Source of the DNA: Clostridiales bacterium UBA1206
GTDB taxonomy: Bacteria > Bacillota > Clostridia > Oscillospirales > CAG-382
NCBI GenBank assembly: GCA_002310055.1
Contig: DBXS01000010.1
Coordinates: 2,598-66,597 of the forward strand
Direction: 5' to 3'
Length of the DNA stretch: 64,000 bases
The position numbers were made by a program, and so were the translations under genes. The notes beneath the pieces were generated by a model that saw only the letters and a program-made list of their open reading frames with translations, was not told where the DNA came from and did not search any database. Of the stretch, positions 17,627-27,273 are shown in pieces. Position 1 is the stretch's first letter. Each line of letters begins with the position of its first letter.

Positions 17627-17971
17627 ATGGAACTCTACTGCAAAGACTGCAAGCTCGTATATTCCACGCCGCGCTGCCCCGTGTGCGGCGGCAAACGCGG
17701 CACGCCCGCCTGCGGCGACGATATCTGCTTTTTGACCGAGCGCGAGCAAATGTGGGCAGAAATGCTTGAAGACGTGCTCAGGCAGAACGGCATACCGTAT
17801 ATCTTCAAAAACCGCTACGGCAGAGGGATCACGGTGACGCTGGGGTTCGGCTCGGAACGCGTTTCGTTCTTTGTAAAATACCGCGACCTCGCACGGGCGC
17901 AGTCGATAGTCGAAGAGCTGTTTGAAGCTCCGGCGGACGAAAACAGCTTCTCCGAAGAAACACACCGGTAA
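17627..17971 (+). CDS. hypothetical protein: N-terminal CxxC...CxxC zinc ribbon plus a DUF2007-like domain
   Basis: GGAGG SD sequence. CKDC...CPVC pair. The C-terminal half loosely resembles the putative signal-transducing DUF2007 fold. Confidence 0.55.
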   Translation: MELYCKDCKLVYSTPRCPVCGGKRGTPACGDDICFLTEREQMWAEMLEDVLRQNGIPYIFKNRYGRGITVTLGFGSERVSFFVKYRDLARAQSIVEELFEAPADENSFSEETHR

Positions 17972-17994
17972 ACGCTTTTTGAAAGGAGAAAACG

Positions 17995-18489
17995 ATGCAA
18001 TTTAAACGTGCTTTTATCATCCTTATTACAGTAATTCTGATTTGTACGGTCTGTGCCGCATGCGACCCGGTAACCCACGAACTCCCTGATCCGAACGGGA
18101 TCACTTCATTTGTTCCCGAATCGATGACCGTCCAGCTTGTGAAATGTGAATCGCTTCAGGACATGTGGGATCTGTGGGGCACGGGGACAATAAAAGATAC
18201 GTCCTCAAAAGTGTTAAAGTCGGCGCTGTATATGCTTGCAAAGGACGGCTGGAGCGATTTCTCGTCCGAAGCGAACGTTGACGCAGATATCATCTTTTTC
18301 GCCGAGCAGCAGGACGGGATAGTGATCTCATATGTCATCGACATCGACGCCGGCACAGCCGTATTTTATCCGTATTCCAACGAATACGCAAACCTGCCGC
18401 GCTATTCGCACAAACAGCTTACCGCAGACGAGATAAGCAATATAAAACAAGTGGCTTACTATTATTTCAGCGAGCATTTGGAAAATTGA
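17995..18489 (+). CDS. hypothetical lipoprotein
   Basis: AAAGGAG SD sequence. Signal peptide with lipobox (CAA|CDP). No family recognised. Confidence 0.6.
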   Translation: MQFKRAFIILITVILICTVCAACDPVTHELPDPNGITSFVPESMTVQLVKCESLQDMWDLWGTGTIKDTSSKVLKSALYMLAKDGWSDFSSEANVDADIIFFAEQQDGIVISYVIDIDAGTAVFYPYSNEYANLPRYSHKQLTADEISNIKQVAYYYFSEHLEN

Positions 18490-18506
18490 AATAAGCTATA
18501 AGAATC

Positions 18507-18549
18507 ATCTCCCGAATACGGAACGGACCGGATTCGGGAGATGTTTTTT
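18507..18549 (+). terminator. rho-independent terminator
   Basis: ATCTCCCGAAT...ATTCGGGAGAT hairpin followed by GTTTTTT. Confidence 0.75.
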
Positions 18550-18563
18550 GATCGTATGCGCTT

Positions 18564-21272
18564 TCAATCGCCAACGCGCGCTTTGAGGCGGTTTATCATC
18601 CGCGCCAGGCAGGAACGCATCTGCGCAAGATCGTTCAGGACCGCTTCGGTGCAGGGACCGCTTTCCATATCGGCTATTTTGAACAAGTTATCTATTCCAA
18701 GCAGCGTTTCATACGCTTCTTCGGCGAAAGCGAGCTTTTCGGCGAAGCCCGATCCGGTAAACGACGCGCATTTTTCGCGCAGTTCCGCGAGAGGCGCGTC
18801 TAATAAATCGGAAAACGCGTACGATTCGCCGTAAAGCGTATCGCGCTTGCGGAAAAAGTCGTCTATCTGCGCGGCGAGCGTTTCGTTGAGCTTATACGTC
18901 TGTACCGACGGGCGCGAATAAGCGCCGAGCTTGAGCACGCGGGTATACCGTTCGGAATTCCTGAGCCAAGATTCGCTGTTCTTGCAGGTCAAGGCAAACA
19001 GCGATTCGCCGCTCGCCCCCGCTTCGCGCGAAACGGCAAACTGGTTTACCAGCACTTGCGGAGCGGTGCCGCTGTACCCGTCCAGTCCCGTGGAATAAAA
19101 GCATTTGTCGCCTATTGCTTTGACGAAGCTCTTTGCGTTGGAAAGCACGTAGGAATTATCGCTGCTGTAGGTCATCGAAAACACTTCGTCGATCCAGCCG
19201 TTTTCGACCCACGCCGCCACGTCCTGAAATATGGTGTTCTTTGCGTTTTTCATATCGGGGTACGCGGCGACGCTGATCCACGCCTGCGGCCTTACGCGCA
19301 TGACCAGTTCGTACACCTCGCCCACGAACGAAGTGATTATATTCCTGCGGAATTCGCTGAATTCCTTATATACGGCGCTTTCTTTGGACACCCTGCGCAG
19401 ATCGCCGGAATATCCGCTCTGCGCCTTGAAGGCGTTTACTATATCGTCGTTGTAGCCGTAATCGTTTTCGCCGTTGAGCTCGGGGAACCGGATGTAATCG
19501 AGATGTATCCCCGCTATATCGTAATTTTCAAGCAGTTCTTCATAGACCGCAAGCACCAGCGCGCGGTTTTCGGCGTCGTATGGATCGAGGAATACGAACC
19601 CGCCCGTGGGGAGCGGATAGTAATCGTTGCCGGCGCGGTCGATGAGCCGCTTTTCCTTTGGCAGCGTGTTTGCAAGGCAGTTCGGTTCTTTCGCCAGGTT
19701 CTGCGTGAGCCCTATGCAGAAATTCTGCACCCACGCGTGGATCTCTATGCCGTATTCTTTCGCTATGCGGCAAAAGCCCTCCAGCGCGTCGTATTCGCCG
19801 TTTGCGGGATTGTGCAGCACCCCCGGCACGGACGAATATCCGATCGTATAGCCGTAATACCACGTTTCTATATACAGCGCGTTTATGTTCATCGCCTTTG
19901 CTTTTTGCAGCAGGGCGCGCACCTCTTCGTCGCTCTTTTCGGTGGAACGGTACCACGCGGCGCGGTTTTCCGCGGCTTTGGATGGTATGAGACGGTAACG
20001 CAGCTCGCCGAGCGCCGCTTTTTCGGCGGAAACGAGTTCGAGCACGGCATAATATTCTTCTGCCGCCATACGCTGCATCGCTTCGTACCTGAGGTCGCAG
20101 GCGCGCCGGAAAAGCTCGTCGCAGACGGCGTAATCGATATCGAGGAATTCCGCGCGCGCGGATCTGAGCGCGTTGTCCGCCTCGGTCAGCATCAATTCCT
20201 GCGATACGTATTCCGTGAGCGGAGTCTGTACGATGGTCACGGTGTTGTTTGCGCGGTCGAGGAACGCGTACGCGCCGTGTCTGTACGCCTCTTTGAGCGC
20301 GGTCTCGTTCTTGCCGTGGCCGGATATTACGAATCCGCCTTCGGGGATGGCGGCGTTGCCGCCGTAAACTTCGCCCACGCACATCAGGTTTTTATCCACC
20401 TGCACCTCGTAGCCGTAAGGGTTGGTGCCGGTCGTGCTTTTTCCGCTGTATATGACCAGGAAATCCTGCTGCCGCACGTCGTTGTACCTGTCCACGGAGA
20501 GCACGGTTTTTTCGTATTTGCCGTTTTGCAGATGTATCTCGGCGCCGGTTTCGCTTTGATCCGGCTTGGACGCGTTGGGACCGAACGAAAGCACAAAACC
20601 GTTTTCGGGGATATCCGTGTCGCCTTCTTCGTATACGCCGGTGATCTTTCCGTCTTCTATGACGAATTCGACCCCTCCCGCGGAAGTGCGCGTGGATTCG
20701 CCGAACGACGGCGTGTACAATATGACCGAACGCTTGTCGCGTTCACAGTCCCTGCCGGTGATACGGCAGGTCTTTGCGCCTATCACGGCGTAATCGGCGT
20801 ACAGTGTTTCGACTTTTCCGGTCTTGATTATCGCCTTTTCGCCCGCCTTAACGTTTTCTCCGTGCGCGGCGTATTCCCCGCAGAACGATATGATATACGT
20901 ATCCGGCATTATGATGAGCCGTTCGCCGGGTTTGCCGACGTAAACAACGGTGCGGTCCCTGACCGCGAGCTCGACGAAATCCACATCCTTTTCGGACGTT
21001 ATCTCGCCGTATTCGTAATTATATATGCGCACGCAGTCGCCCGCGGGTCCGGTGTTGACTTCGGCTTCGTATATTTCGCCGCCGAGCTCGAGCCCGACGC
21101 GCTTTATTTCGGCTTCGGAAACAGGTTCGGAGCTTACGGAGCTTTCCATGCCGCTCACCTCCGTGTCAGTCATATCTTCGCCGTCCGAAACGTCGCCGGT
21201 GCCGCCTTTGCAGGCATAAACGAACGCGCACAGCAAAACTGCGGCGGCGAGCAGTAAAGCTTTGAATCTCAT
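18564..21272 (-). CDS. glycoside hydrolase-like family 10 (GHL10/YngK-like, DUF187) lipoprotein with a long N-terminal extension
   Basis: ORF trimmed to ATG 21272 (GGAGGA SD sequence; MRFKALLLAAAVLLCAFVYA|C lipobox). The C-terminal half has NALYIETWYYGYTIGYSS...EYGIEIHAWVQNF, typical of GHL10. Confidence 0.75.
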   Translation of the reverse strand: MRFKALLLAAAVLLCAFVYACKGGTGDVSDGEDMTDTEVSGMESSVSSEPVSEAEIKRVGLELGGEIYEAEVNTGPAGDCVRIYNYEYGEITSEKDVDFVELAVRDRTVVYVGKPGERLIIMPDTYIISFCGEYAAHGENVKAGEKAIIKTGKVETLYADYAVIGAKTCRITGRDCERDKRSVILYTPSFGESTRTSAGGVEFVIEDGKITGVYEEGDTDIPENGFVLSFGPNASKPDQSETGAEIHLQNGKYEKTVLSVDRYNDVRQQDFLVIYSGKSTTGTNPYGYEVQVDKNLMCVGEVYGGNAAIPEGGFVISGHGKNETALKEAYRHGAYAFLDRANNTVTIVQTPLTEYVSQELMLTEADNALRSARAEFLDIDYAVCDELFRRACDLRYEAMQRMAAEEYYAVLELVSAEKAALGELRYRLIPSKAAENRAAWYRSTEKSDEEVRALLQKAKAMNINALYIETWYYGYTIGYSSVPGVLHNPANGEYDALEGFCRIAKEYGIEIHAWVQNFCIGLTQNLAKEPNCLANTLPKEKRLIDRAGNDYYPLPTGGFVFLDPYDAENRALVLAVYEELLENYDIAGIHLDYIRFPELNGENDYGYNDDIVNAFKAQSGYSGDLRRVSKESAVYKEFSEFRRNIITSFVGEVYELVMRVRPQAWISVAAYPDMKNAKNTIFQDVAAWVENGWIDEVFSMTYSSDNSYVLSNAKSFVKAIGDKCFYSTGLDGYSGTAPQVLVNQFAVSREAGASGESLFALTCKNSESWLRNSERYTRVLKLGAYSRPSVQTYKLNETLAAQIDDFFRKRDTLYGESYAFSDLLDAPLAELREKCASFTGSGFAEKLAFAEEAYETLLGIDNLFKIADMESGPCTEAVLNDLAQMRSCLARMINRLKARVGD

Positions 21273-21362
21273 TTTCTTTCCTCCGTTGACTACTGTCAAT
21301 ATAATACCAAAACTTCCGCACGCCGTCAACACCGATTTATTCAAATACACCGCTTTTTTCGC

Positions 21363-21391
21363 TTGACAGCGGGAAATGTATAAAGTATAAT
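21363..21391 (+). promoter_or_regulatory. sigma-A promoter, exact TTGACA-N17-TATAAT
   Basis: TTGACA at 21363-21368 and TATAAT at 21386-21391, upstream of the ABC exporter gene. Confidence 0.7.
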
Positions 21392-21428
21392 TAAATTATA
21401 AATATGCAGCCGGAGAAGGTGACAGCGC

Positions 21429-23150
21429 GTGCTGAAAAGATTTATCGCCTATTACAAGCCGCACCGAAAGATGTTTTATCTGGATATGGCGGCTTCCATG
21501 CTCATTTCGCTCATAGGGATGGTCTATCCCATTGTGACGAACCTTATGCTCAAGGATCTTATCCCCAACCGCAACTACCGCGCGGTGATAATCGCCGGCG
21601 TATGCGTGCTGGCGCTTTACATAGCGCGTCTGCTTTTGCGCTATTTCGTGCAGTATTACGGCCATATGATAGGCGTGGGGATGCAGGCGCAGATGCGGCG
21701 CGACCTGTTCGCTCACCTGCAGAAGCTGCCGTTTTCGTTTTACGACGAACACGAGACCGGCAAGATAATGACGCGTATGACGAGCGATCTGTTCGACGTC
21801 AGCGAGCTCGCCCACCACGGTCCCGAAAACATAATAATCAGCTCGGTGATGCTCATCGGTTCTTTCATTTACCTCTGCACCATAAACGTGTGGCTCACGC
21901 TCATAATATTCTGCTGCGTGCCCATACTCGTTTCGGTGGCGATATATTTCCGCAAAAAGATGCGCGCCGCGTTCACCGAACGCCGCAAAGAGACGGCGGT
22001 CATCAACGGCGCGCTCGAAAGCAGCATTTCCGGCATCCGCGTAACGAAGGCGTTCACTAATTCCGAAAAAGAAAAAGAAAAGTTCGAACGCGGCAATTCG
22101 GCGTTCGTGCGCGCGTGCCGCGCGGCGTACAAGGCGATGGCGCAGTTCTTTTCCGGCACCTCGTTCATCACCGATATTTTCAACGTGATAATCCTTATAG
22201 CCGGCGGCCTGTTCCTTTACGACGGCAAAATAGATTTCGCCGAGTATTCCACTTTTATCGTTTCGGTCAACCTCTTCATCTCGCCCATCACCACGCTCAT
22301 CAACTTTGTGGAATCGTACCAGAACGGCGTGACGGGGTTCAGCCGGTTCCTTGAGATACTGGACGAGAAGCCCGAAGAAGACGCGCCCGACGCCGTCGAC
22401 ATAGGCAAGGTCGAAGGAAAGATAGAGCTGGACGACGTTGAATTCTCGTATAACAATTCCGAAGAAGTGCTGCACGGCGTGTCGCTGACGGTGGAAAAAG
22501 GCGAAGTCCTTGCGCTCGTGGGCGCTTCGGGCGGCGGCAAGACCACGATATGCCACCTTATCCCGCGGTTCGCCGACGTCACCGGCGGCGCCATACGCAT
22601 CGACGGCAGGGATATCCGTTCCGTAACTATGGATTCGCTGCGGCGCAACATAGGCATAGTGCAGCAGGACGTGTTCCTGTTCGGCGGCACGATACGCGAA
22701 AACATTCTTTACGGCAGACTCAACGCCACCGACGACGAAGTGATCGAAGCCGCCAAACGCGCCAACCTGCACGACTGGATTATGACGCTGGAGCACGGCT
22801 ACGACACCGAGATAGGCGAGCGCGGCGTAAAGATATCCGGCGGGCAGAAACAGCGCATAAGCATAGCGCGCGTGTTCCTCAAAGACCCGGCGATACTCAT
22901 ACTCGACGAGGCGACGTCGGCGCTCGACAACGCCACCGAAATATATATTCAAAAGGCGCTCGACGAGCTCTGCCGCGGCCGCACGACGATAGTCGTCGCC
23001 CACCGGCTTTCCACCATACGCAACGCCACGCAGATAGCGGTCATAGACGGCGGCAGAGTGGCGGAGCTCGGCACGCACGAAGAGCTGATAAAGCAGAACG
23101 GTATTTACGCTTCGCTCTATTCCCTGCAGTTCAGGGAAAGCGACAGATAA
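21429..23150 (+). CDS. ABC transporter permease/ATP-binding fusion (type I exporter, MsbA/MDR-like)
   Basis: Six-TM N-terminal half. Walker A GASGGGKTT, signature ISGGQKQRISIAR, Walker B ILILDEATSALD. GTG start. Confidence 0.9.
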   Translation: MLKRFIAYYKPHRKMFYLDMAASMLISLIGMVYPIVTNLMLKDLIPNRNYRAVIIAGVCVLALYIARLLLRYFVQYYGHMIGVGMQAQMRRDLFAHLQKLPFSFYDEHETGKIMTRMTSDLFDVSELAHHGPENIIISSVMLIGSFIYLCTINVWLTLIIFCCVPILVSVAIYFRKKMRAAFTERRKETAVINGALESSISGIRVTKAFTNSEKEKEKFERGNSAFVRACRAAYKAMAQFFSGTSFITDIFNVIILIAGGLFLYDGKIDFAEYSTFIVSVNLFISPITTLINFVESYQNGVTGFSRFLEILDEKPEEDAPDAVDIGKVEGKIELDDVEFSYNNSEEVLHGVSLTVEKGEVLALVGASGGGKTTICHLIPRFADVTGGAIRIDGRDIRSVTMDSLRRNIGIVQQDVFLFGGTIRENILYGRLNATDDEVIEAAKRANLHDWIMTLEHGYDTEIGERGVKISGGQKQRISIARVFLKDPAILILDEATSALDNATEIYIQKALDELCRGRTTIVVAHRLSTIRNATQIAVIDGGRVAELGTHEELIKQNGIYASLYSLQFRESDR

Positions 23151-23165
23151 ACGGCATATAACGCA

Positions 23166-23208
23166 AAAGGCAAAGACTTTTTTAAGGTCTTTGCCTTTGT
23201 TTTATTTT
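23166..23208 (+). terminator. rho-independent terminator
   Basis: AAAGGCAAAGAC-loop-GTCTTTGCCTTT followed by a T-rich tract. Confidence 0.75.
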
Positions 23209-23903
23209 ATAATGAACCAATACATTTCGCACTGCGCTTTTTCATAGTCCGTGGTCTTCTGCAGTGCAAGCGACGCCTTGTTGCTTATGAACACCTGGCC
23301 GTACGGGTAAAGCCCGGCTCTCATCATCTCTCCGGTCATGAAAAGCTCCATTTCCCTGCCGTAGCCGCAGCGTCTGAAACGCGGCAGCACGTAAAGCATT
23401 CCCATGCAGCCTTCGGCGTGCACGCCTATAAATCCGACCTTTACGTTCCCGGCGCGCGCTATGAAGAGCTCTTTTCTTTTTACAGCCAGTTCGAGCATAT
23501 CCTCATCCACCAGATGATAATGCCTGCGCACGAACGGAAGATCGTCCGGCGTCGCGGCGCGCATATCCAGCCGCTTTTCATATTCCGGCGGCTCTTTTCC
23601 CAAATATACGTACTGCCTGCATTCGGTGAACGTGGCGCGGGGGTACGTTTTTTGTATATATTCCGCCGTTTCAGCCGTAAAGACTTCACATTCGTCGCCC
23701 GGCGCGAGCGGATGAGAAGCGAGCAGCTTTTCCGTTTCCGCGGCGTCGGGAGACGCAAGGAAATATATGCCCGAAAAAGCTTCGCGAATAAAGAGCCCGC
23801 GTTCGCTGTGCGCGATTACCTGCGCGCTGCCGCGCTTTATGCAGTTCATCATCCCGCAGTAGCGCGGGATATCGGTCAGCAGGAATTCGTAAACGCCGTT
23901 CAT
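23202..23903 (-). CDS. GNAT family N-acetyltransferase with an uncharacterised N-terminal domain
   Basis: ORF trimmed to ATG 23903 (ATGA overlap with the upstream gene). Acetyl-CoA motif LPRFRRCGYGREM. Confidence 0.7.
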   Translation of the reverse strand: MNGVYEFLLTDIPRYCGMMNCIKRGSAQVIAHSERGLFIREAFSGIYFLASPDAAETEKLLASHPLAPGDECEVFTAETAEYIQKTYPRATFTECRQYVYLGKEPPEYEKRLDMRAATPDDLPFVRRHYHLVDEDMLELAVKRKELFIARAGNVKVGFIGVHAEGCMGMLYVLPRFRRCGYGREMELFMTGEMMRAGLYPYGQVFISNKASLALQKTTDYEKAQCEMYWFIIK

Positions 23904-24238
23904 TCCGCGTTCTCCCAGCGGTGCATATTGCGCTCGTGCTTGGCGTAATACGCGCTTTCCATCTCGTCGGGCTCTATGCCGTAGCATATCAGCACGTCGT
24001 TCAGATACATGAGCACGTCGCACATTTCTTCCGTAAAGCGCGCACGCGCTTCGCCTTTTTCAAGGATGGCTGCGTCGCCGTCTTTTTTTATCACGTCCGC
24101 CGCCTCGCCCGCTTCTATCATCATCCACAAAAGCTTGCTCCGCGCTTCATCGGGGCCGCACGGCGGCCAAAGGTTCCTGTATTTGTCCTGCAGCTCTTTC
24201 TGGAGCCGCTGCATTTCGTCAAAGCCGATCTTGTTCAT
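23900..24238 (-). CDS. MazG-like nucleotide pyrophosphohydrolase
   Basis: ORF trimmed to ATG 24238. All-alpha MazG pattern EAGEAADV...EEMCDVLMYL. Confidence 0.7.
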   Translation of the reverse strand: MNKIGFDEMQRLQKELQDKYRNLWPPCGPDEARSKLLWMMIEAGEAADVIKKDGDAAILEKGEARARFTEEMCDVLMYLNDVLICYGIEPDEMESAYYAKHERNMHRWENAE

Positions 24239-24375
24239 AAGTCCAACCGCCTTTCTTATACAAAATATAACACAAGCGGCGGAATAAATCAAGTTATTTT
24301 TGCCCTGCCCGCACGGAACGACGTTTTACGACCGCAGTGATGGTATATAATGGCACGCAAAGGAGGCAAAAAGCA

Positions 24376-24702
24376 ATGGAACACACGATAAAAAGCGAAA
24401 ACGGCGTTATGACTGTATACCTGCGGGGCGAGATGGATCACCACAACGCCGCGCCGCTGCGTGAACAGATCGACGCCGCGCTGACGTTTGAAAACCCCGC
24501 CGTGCTGAAGCTGGACCTTTCGGAGATCGCGTTCTGCGATTCTTCGGGTCTGGGATTCATCATGGGGCGTTACCGCCGTATGGAATCCGCCGGCGGAAGC
24601 ATGGTCTTAGTCAACCCTTCCGAACCCACTATGCGGATACTCAGGCTCGCGGGAGTGGATTCGATAATAAACGTAGAATACACGAAAGGAGCGGCAAAAT
24701 GA
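24376..24702 (+). CDS. spoIIAA: anti-sigma F factor antagonist SpoIIAA (STAS domain)
   Basis: AGGAGG before ATG 24376. The DSSGLG phospho-serine motif. Operon context with spoIIAB-sigF. Confidence 0.9.
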   Translation: MEHTIKSENGVMTVYLRGEMDHHNAAPLREQIDAALTFENPAVLKLDLSEIAFCDSSGLGFIMGRYRRMESAGGSMVLVNPSEPTMRILRLAGVDSIINVEYTKGAAK

Positions 24703-25145
24703 AAACTTCACCGCAAAACCGGTTCAAATGCGTTTTTCCCGCCAAATCGGCGAACGAAAGCTTTGCGCGGATGATCGCTTCGGCGTTCGTCGCACAGCTC
24801 GATCCGCGCGTGGACGAGCTCGCCGATCTCAAGACCGCCGTGAGCGAAGCAGTCACAAACGTCATAGTCCACGCCTACTCGGGGACGGATATCCCGCCGG
24901 AAGAACGTGTAGTCATAATGAGCGGCGAACTGCGCGAAGGCAGGCGGATCGCCGTGACCGTGAAAGACCGCGGAAAAGGAATAGAAGACGTAAAGAAAGC
25001 GCGCGAGCCGCTTTTCACCACTTCCGCCGCCGAGGAGCGTTCGGGGATGGGATTCACCGTGATGGAAACGTTCGCCGATACGGTAAAAGTCGCGTCGCGC
25101 CCCGGAAAAGGCACTTCCGTGCGGCTTTACAAGCGTTTTACTTAA
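24699..25145 (+). CDS. spoIIAB: anti-sigma F factor SpoIIAB (serine kinase)
   Basis: HATPase N-box EAVTNVIVHAY and G-box ERSGMGFTVM. ATGA overlap with spoIIAA. Confidence 0.92.
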   Translation: MKTSPQNRFKCVFPAKSANESFARMIASAFVAQLDPRVDELADLKTAVSEAVTNVIVHAYSGTDIPPEERVVIMSGELREGRRIAVTVKDRGKGIEDVKKAREPLFTTSAAEERSGMGFTVMETFADTVKVASRPGKGTSVRLYKRFT

Positions 25146-25853
25146 ATGACGTTCGCCGAGATCAACGCGCCCGAACAGCTCAAGAAGGCGAAAGAGGGCG
25201 ACAGGGCGGCGTTCGACCGCATAATAGCGGCGAATCTGGGGCTGGTGCGTTCGATCGCATCTCGCTTCACCGGGCGCGGCACCGAATACGAAGATCTGGT
25301 GCAGATAGGCAGCATAGGGCTCATAAAGGCGCTCAAAAACTTTGACCTTGGCGCAGGCACGTGTTTTTCCACCTACGCGGTCCCTATGGTGACGGGCGAA
25401 ATAAAAAAGCATCTGCGCGACGACGGCGCCATAAAAGTCTCGCGCAATATCAAGCGCGACGCGACGAACGTGGCGCGCAAACGGCAGGATTTTATGAAAG
25501 AAAACGGCCGTGAACCCACGGTGAACGAACTCGCGTCGCTTACGGGCATTTCCGCCGAAAACGTCGTCGCCGCGTGCGAGGCGAGCGCGCCTATGCTTTC
25601 GTTTTCCGCGCCGCTGGGCGACGCCACGCTCGAAAACCTTGTGGGGACCGACAACATAGCCGAAACGTGCGAAAAACTATCGCTCCGCCAGGCGATTTCC
25701 CGGCTGGACCCCGAAGAGCGCGCGATAGTGGAACTGCGGTATTTTCTGGGAAGATCGCAAAAAGAGACCGGCGAAAGACTGGGACTCACTCAGGTCACGG
25801 TCTCGCGCCGGGAAAAGAATATACTCAAAAAACTGCGGGAATCGCTGTTATAA
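25146..25853 (+). CDS. sigF: RNA polymerase sporulation sigma factor SigF
   Basis: Sigma-70 regions 2-4 (EDLVQIGSIGLIKA, YAVPMVTGEIKKHLRD, GLTQVTVSRREKNILKKL). Third gene of the spoIIA operon. Confidence 0.92.
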   Translation: MTFAEINAPEQLKKAKEGDRAAFDRIIAANLGLVRSIASRFTGRGTEYEDLVQIGSIGLIKALKNFDLGAGTCFSTYAVPMVTGEIKKHLRDDGAIKVSRNIKRDATNVARKRQDFMKENGREPTVNELASLTGISAENVVAACEASAPMLSFSAPLGDATLENLVGTDNIAETCEKLSLRQAISRLDPEERAIVELRYFLGRSQKETGERLGLTQVTVSRREKNILKKLRESLL

Positions 25854-26612
25854 TCCGCCGCCCGGCCTTTTGCGCGCGTGCGGGACGAGCTTGAAGCCCG
25901 AAACGCCGCCGCGTTCCATTGCGCCGAAAACGCGCTTTTTGAACCCGTGGTCTTCGCGCTCGCGTTCGCGGATGAAGGTCTTCATCTTTTCGCGGTCGGT
26001 GAATCCGTCGGCGGGGCAGGTCTTTTGTACCACTTCTATGCCTTCGGCTGCGACGAAACGCTTTACGTCGCTTTCGGGCGTGTAGATCAGCGGGCGGATG
26101 AGGGTAACGCCCGTGCGGTCGAGGTACGTCACCGGCGAAAAACAGCCGATGCGCCCTTCGTTGAAAAGGTTCATGAAAAACGTTTCGAGTGCGTCGTCGT
26201 AATGATGCCCCAAAGCGACCTTTTTTATCCCTTCGGCGACCGCGGTATCGTAAAGCGCGCCGCGGCGCAGATTGGCGCACAGCGAGCACGGATTGCTTTC
26301 CCTGCGCAGTTCAAAGACGATCTGGTAGATATCGGCCTTTTTGATTATCAGTTCGACCTCCAGCTCGTCGCACAGCCGCTTTACGGGCCCGAGGTCAAGC
26401 CCCGGAACGCCGGTATCGAGGCATATCGCCTTGACTTCGAACGGCTGCGAATAGAAACGCGAAAGCGCTTTGAGCGCACAGAGCAGCGTGAGGCTGTCCT
26501 TGCCGCCGCTGACGCCGACCGCGACCGTATCGCCCGCGGATATCATATCGTACCCGTCGACGGCGCGCCGCACCTGGGAAAGCAGTTTTTGTATGTGTTT
26601 GAATTCTCTCAT
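25848..26612 (-). CDS. ttcA: PP-loop ATPase, tRNA 2-thiocytidine synthetase TtcA-like
   Basis: SGGKDS PP-loop and CSLC/CPADG cysteine motifs. Its 3' end overlaps the sigF 3' end by 6 nt. Confidence 0.75.
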   Translation of the reverse strand: MREFKHIQKLLSQVRRAVDGYDMISAGDTVAVGVSGGKDSLTLLCALKALSRFYSQPFEVKAICLDTGVPGLDLGPVKRLCDELEVELIIKKADIYQIVFELRRESNPCSLCANLRRGALYDTAVAEGIKKVALGHHYDDALETFFMNLFNEGRIGCFSPVTYLDRTGVTLIRPLIYTPESDVKRFVAAEGIEVVQKTCPADGFTDREKMKTFIREREREDHGFKKRVFGAMERGGVSGFKLVPHARKRPGGGL

Positions 26613-26758
26613 ATTATCACCGCATTCTTTATATCACAAAAGCCGCCGAAACACAAGCGCCATTTTGTAAAAATGTACGGCGGCGTGCGGCGAAATGCGA
26701 AAAAAACGCACGAAAACGTAAAAAATGCGAAGAATTTTGATTTTTTTTAAAAAAACTC

Positions 26759-26786
26759 TTGACAAACGGGATTTTTCTGTTATAAT
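26759..26786 (+). promoter_or_regulatory. sigma-A promoter (TTGACA-N16-TATAAT) with an upstream A/T-rich UP-like tract
   Basis: TTGACA at 26759-26764 and TATAAT at 26781-26786. T8/A7 tract at 26743-26757. Confidence 0.65.
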
Positions 26787-26828
26787 ACGCAGGCAAGTTA
26801 AAAAACACAAAAGGAGAAAAGTTCCAAA

Positions 26829-27260
26829 ATGACTTCATTCATGGCAAAAAAAGAGGAAGTCGAACGCAAGTGGTACGTTATCGACGCCGCCGGCAAAACG
26901 CTCGGCAAAGTCGCAGTTGCCGCCGCGACCGTCCTCAACGGTAAACACCGTCCCGAATACACCCCGCACGTTGACTGCGGCGAATGCGTTATTATCGTAA
27001 ACGCAGAAAAAGTCGTCCTCACCGGCAGAAAACTCGATCAGAAGACCTATTACCATCACAGCGGTTACGTAGGCGGTCTCAAAGCGGTAAAATACCGCAC
27101 GCTTATGGCGACCAAACCCGAAATGGTCGTAGAGCTCGCGGTCAAAGGCATGCTTCCCAAGAACAAGATCGGCGCCGAAAGTTTCAGAAGACTCCGCGTT
27201 TTCAAAGGCCCCGACCACAAGCAGCAGGCTCAGCAGCCCATAGCGCTTGAAGTAAAGTAA
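26829..27260 (+). CDS. rplM: 50S ribosomal protein L13
   Basis: KWYVIDA...[14 protein letters not shown]...[12 protein letters not shown], canonical L13. Confidence 0.97.
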   Translation: MTSFMAKKEEVERKWYVIDAAGKTLGKVAVAAATVLNGKHRPEYTPHVDCGECVIIVNAEKVVLTGRKLDQKTYYHHSGYVGGLKAVKYRTLMATKPEMVVELAVKGMLPKNKIGAESFRRLRVFKGPDHKQQAQQPIALEVK

Positions 27261-27273
27261 GGAGGAAGCTACG

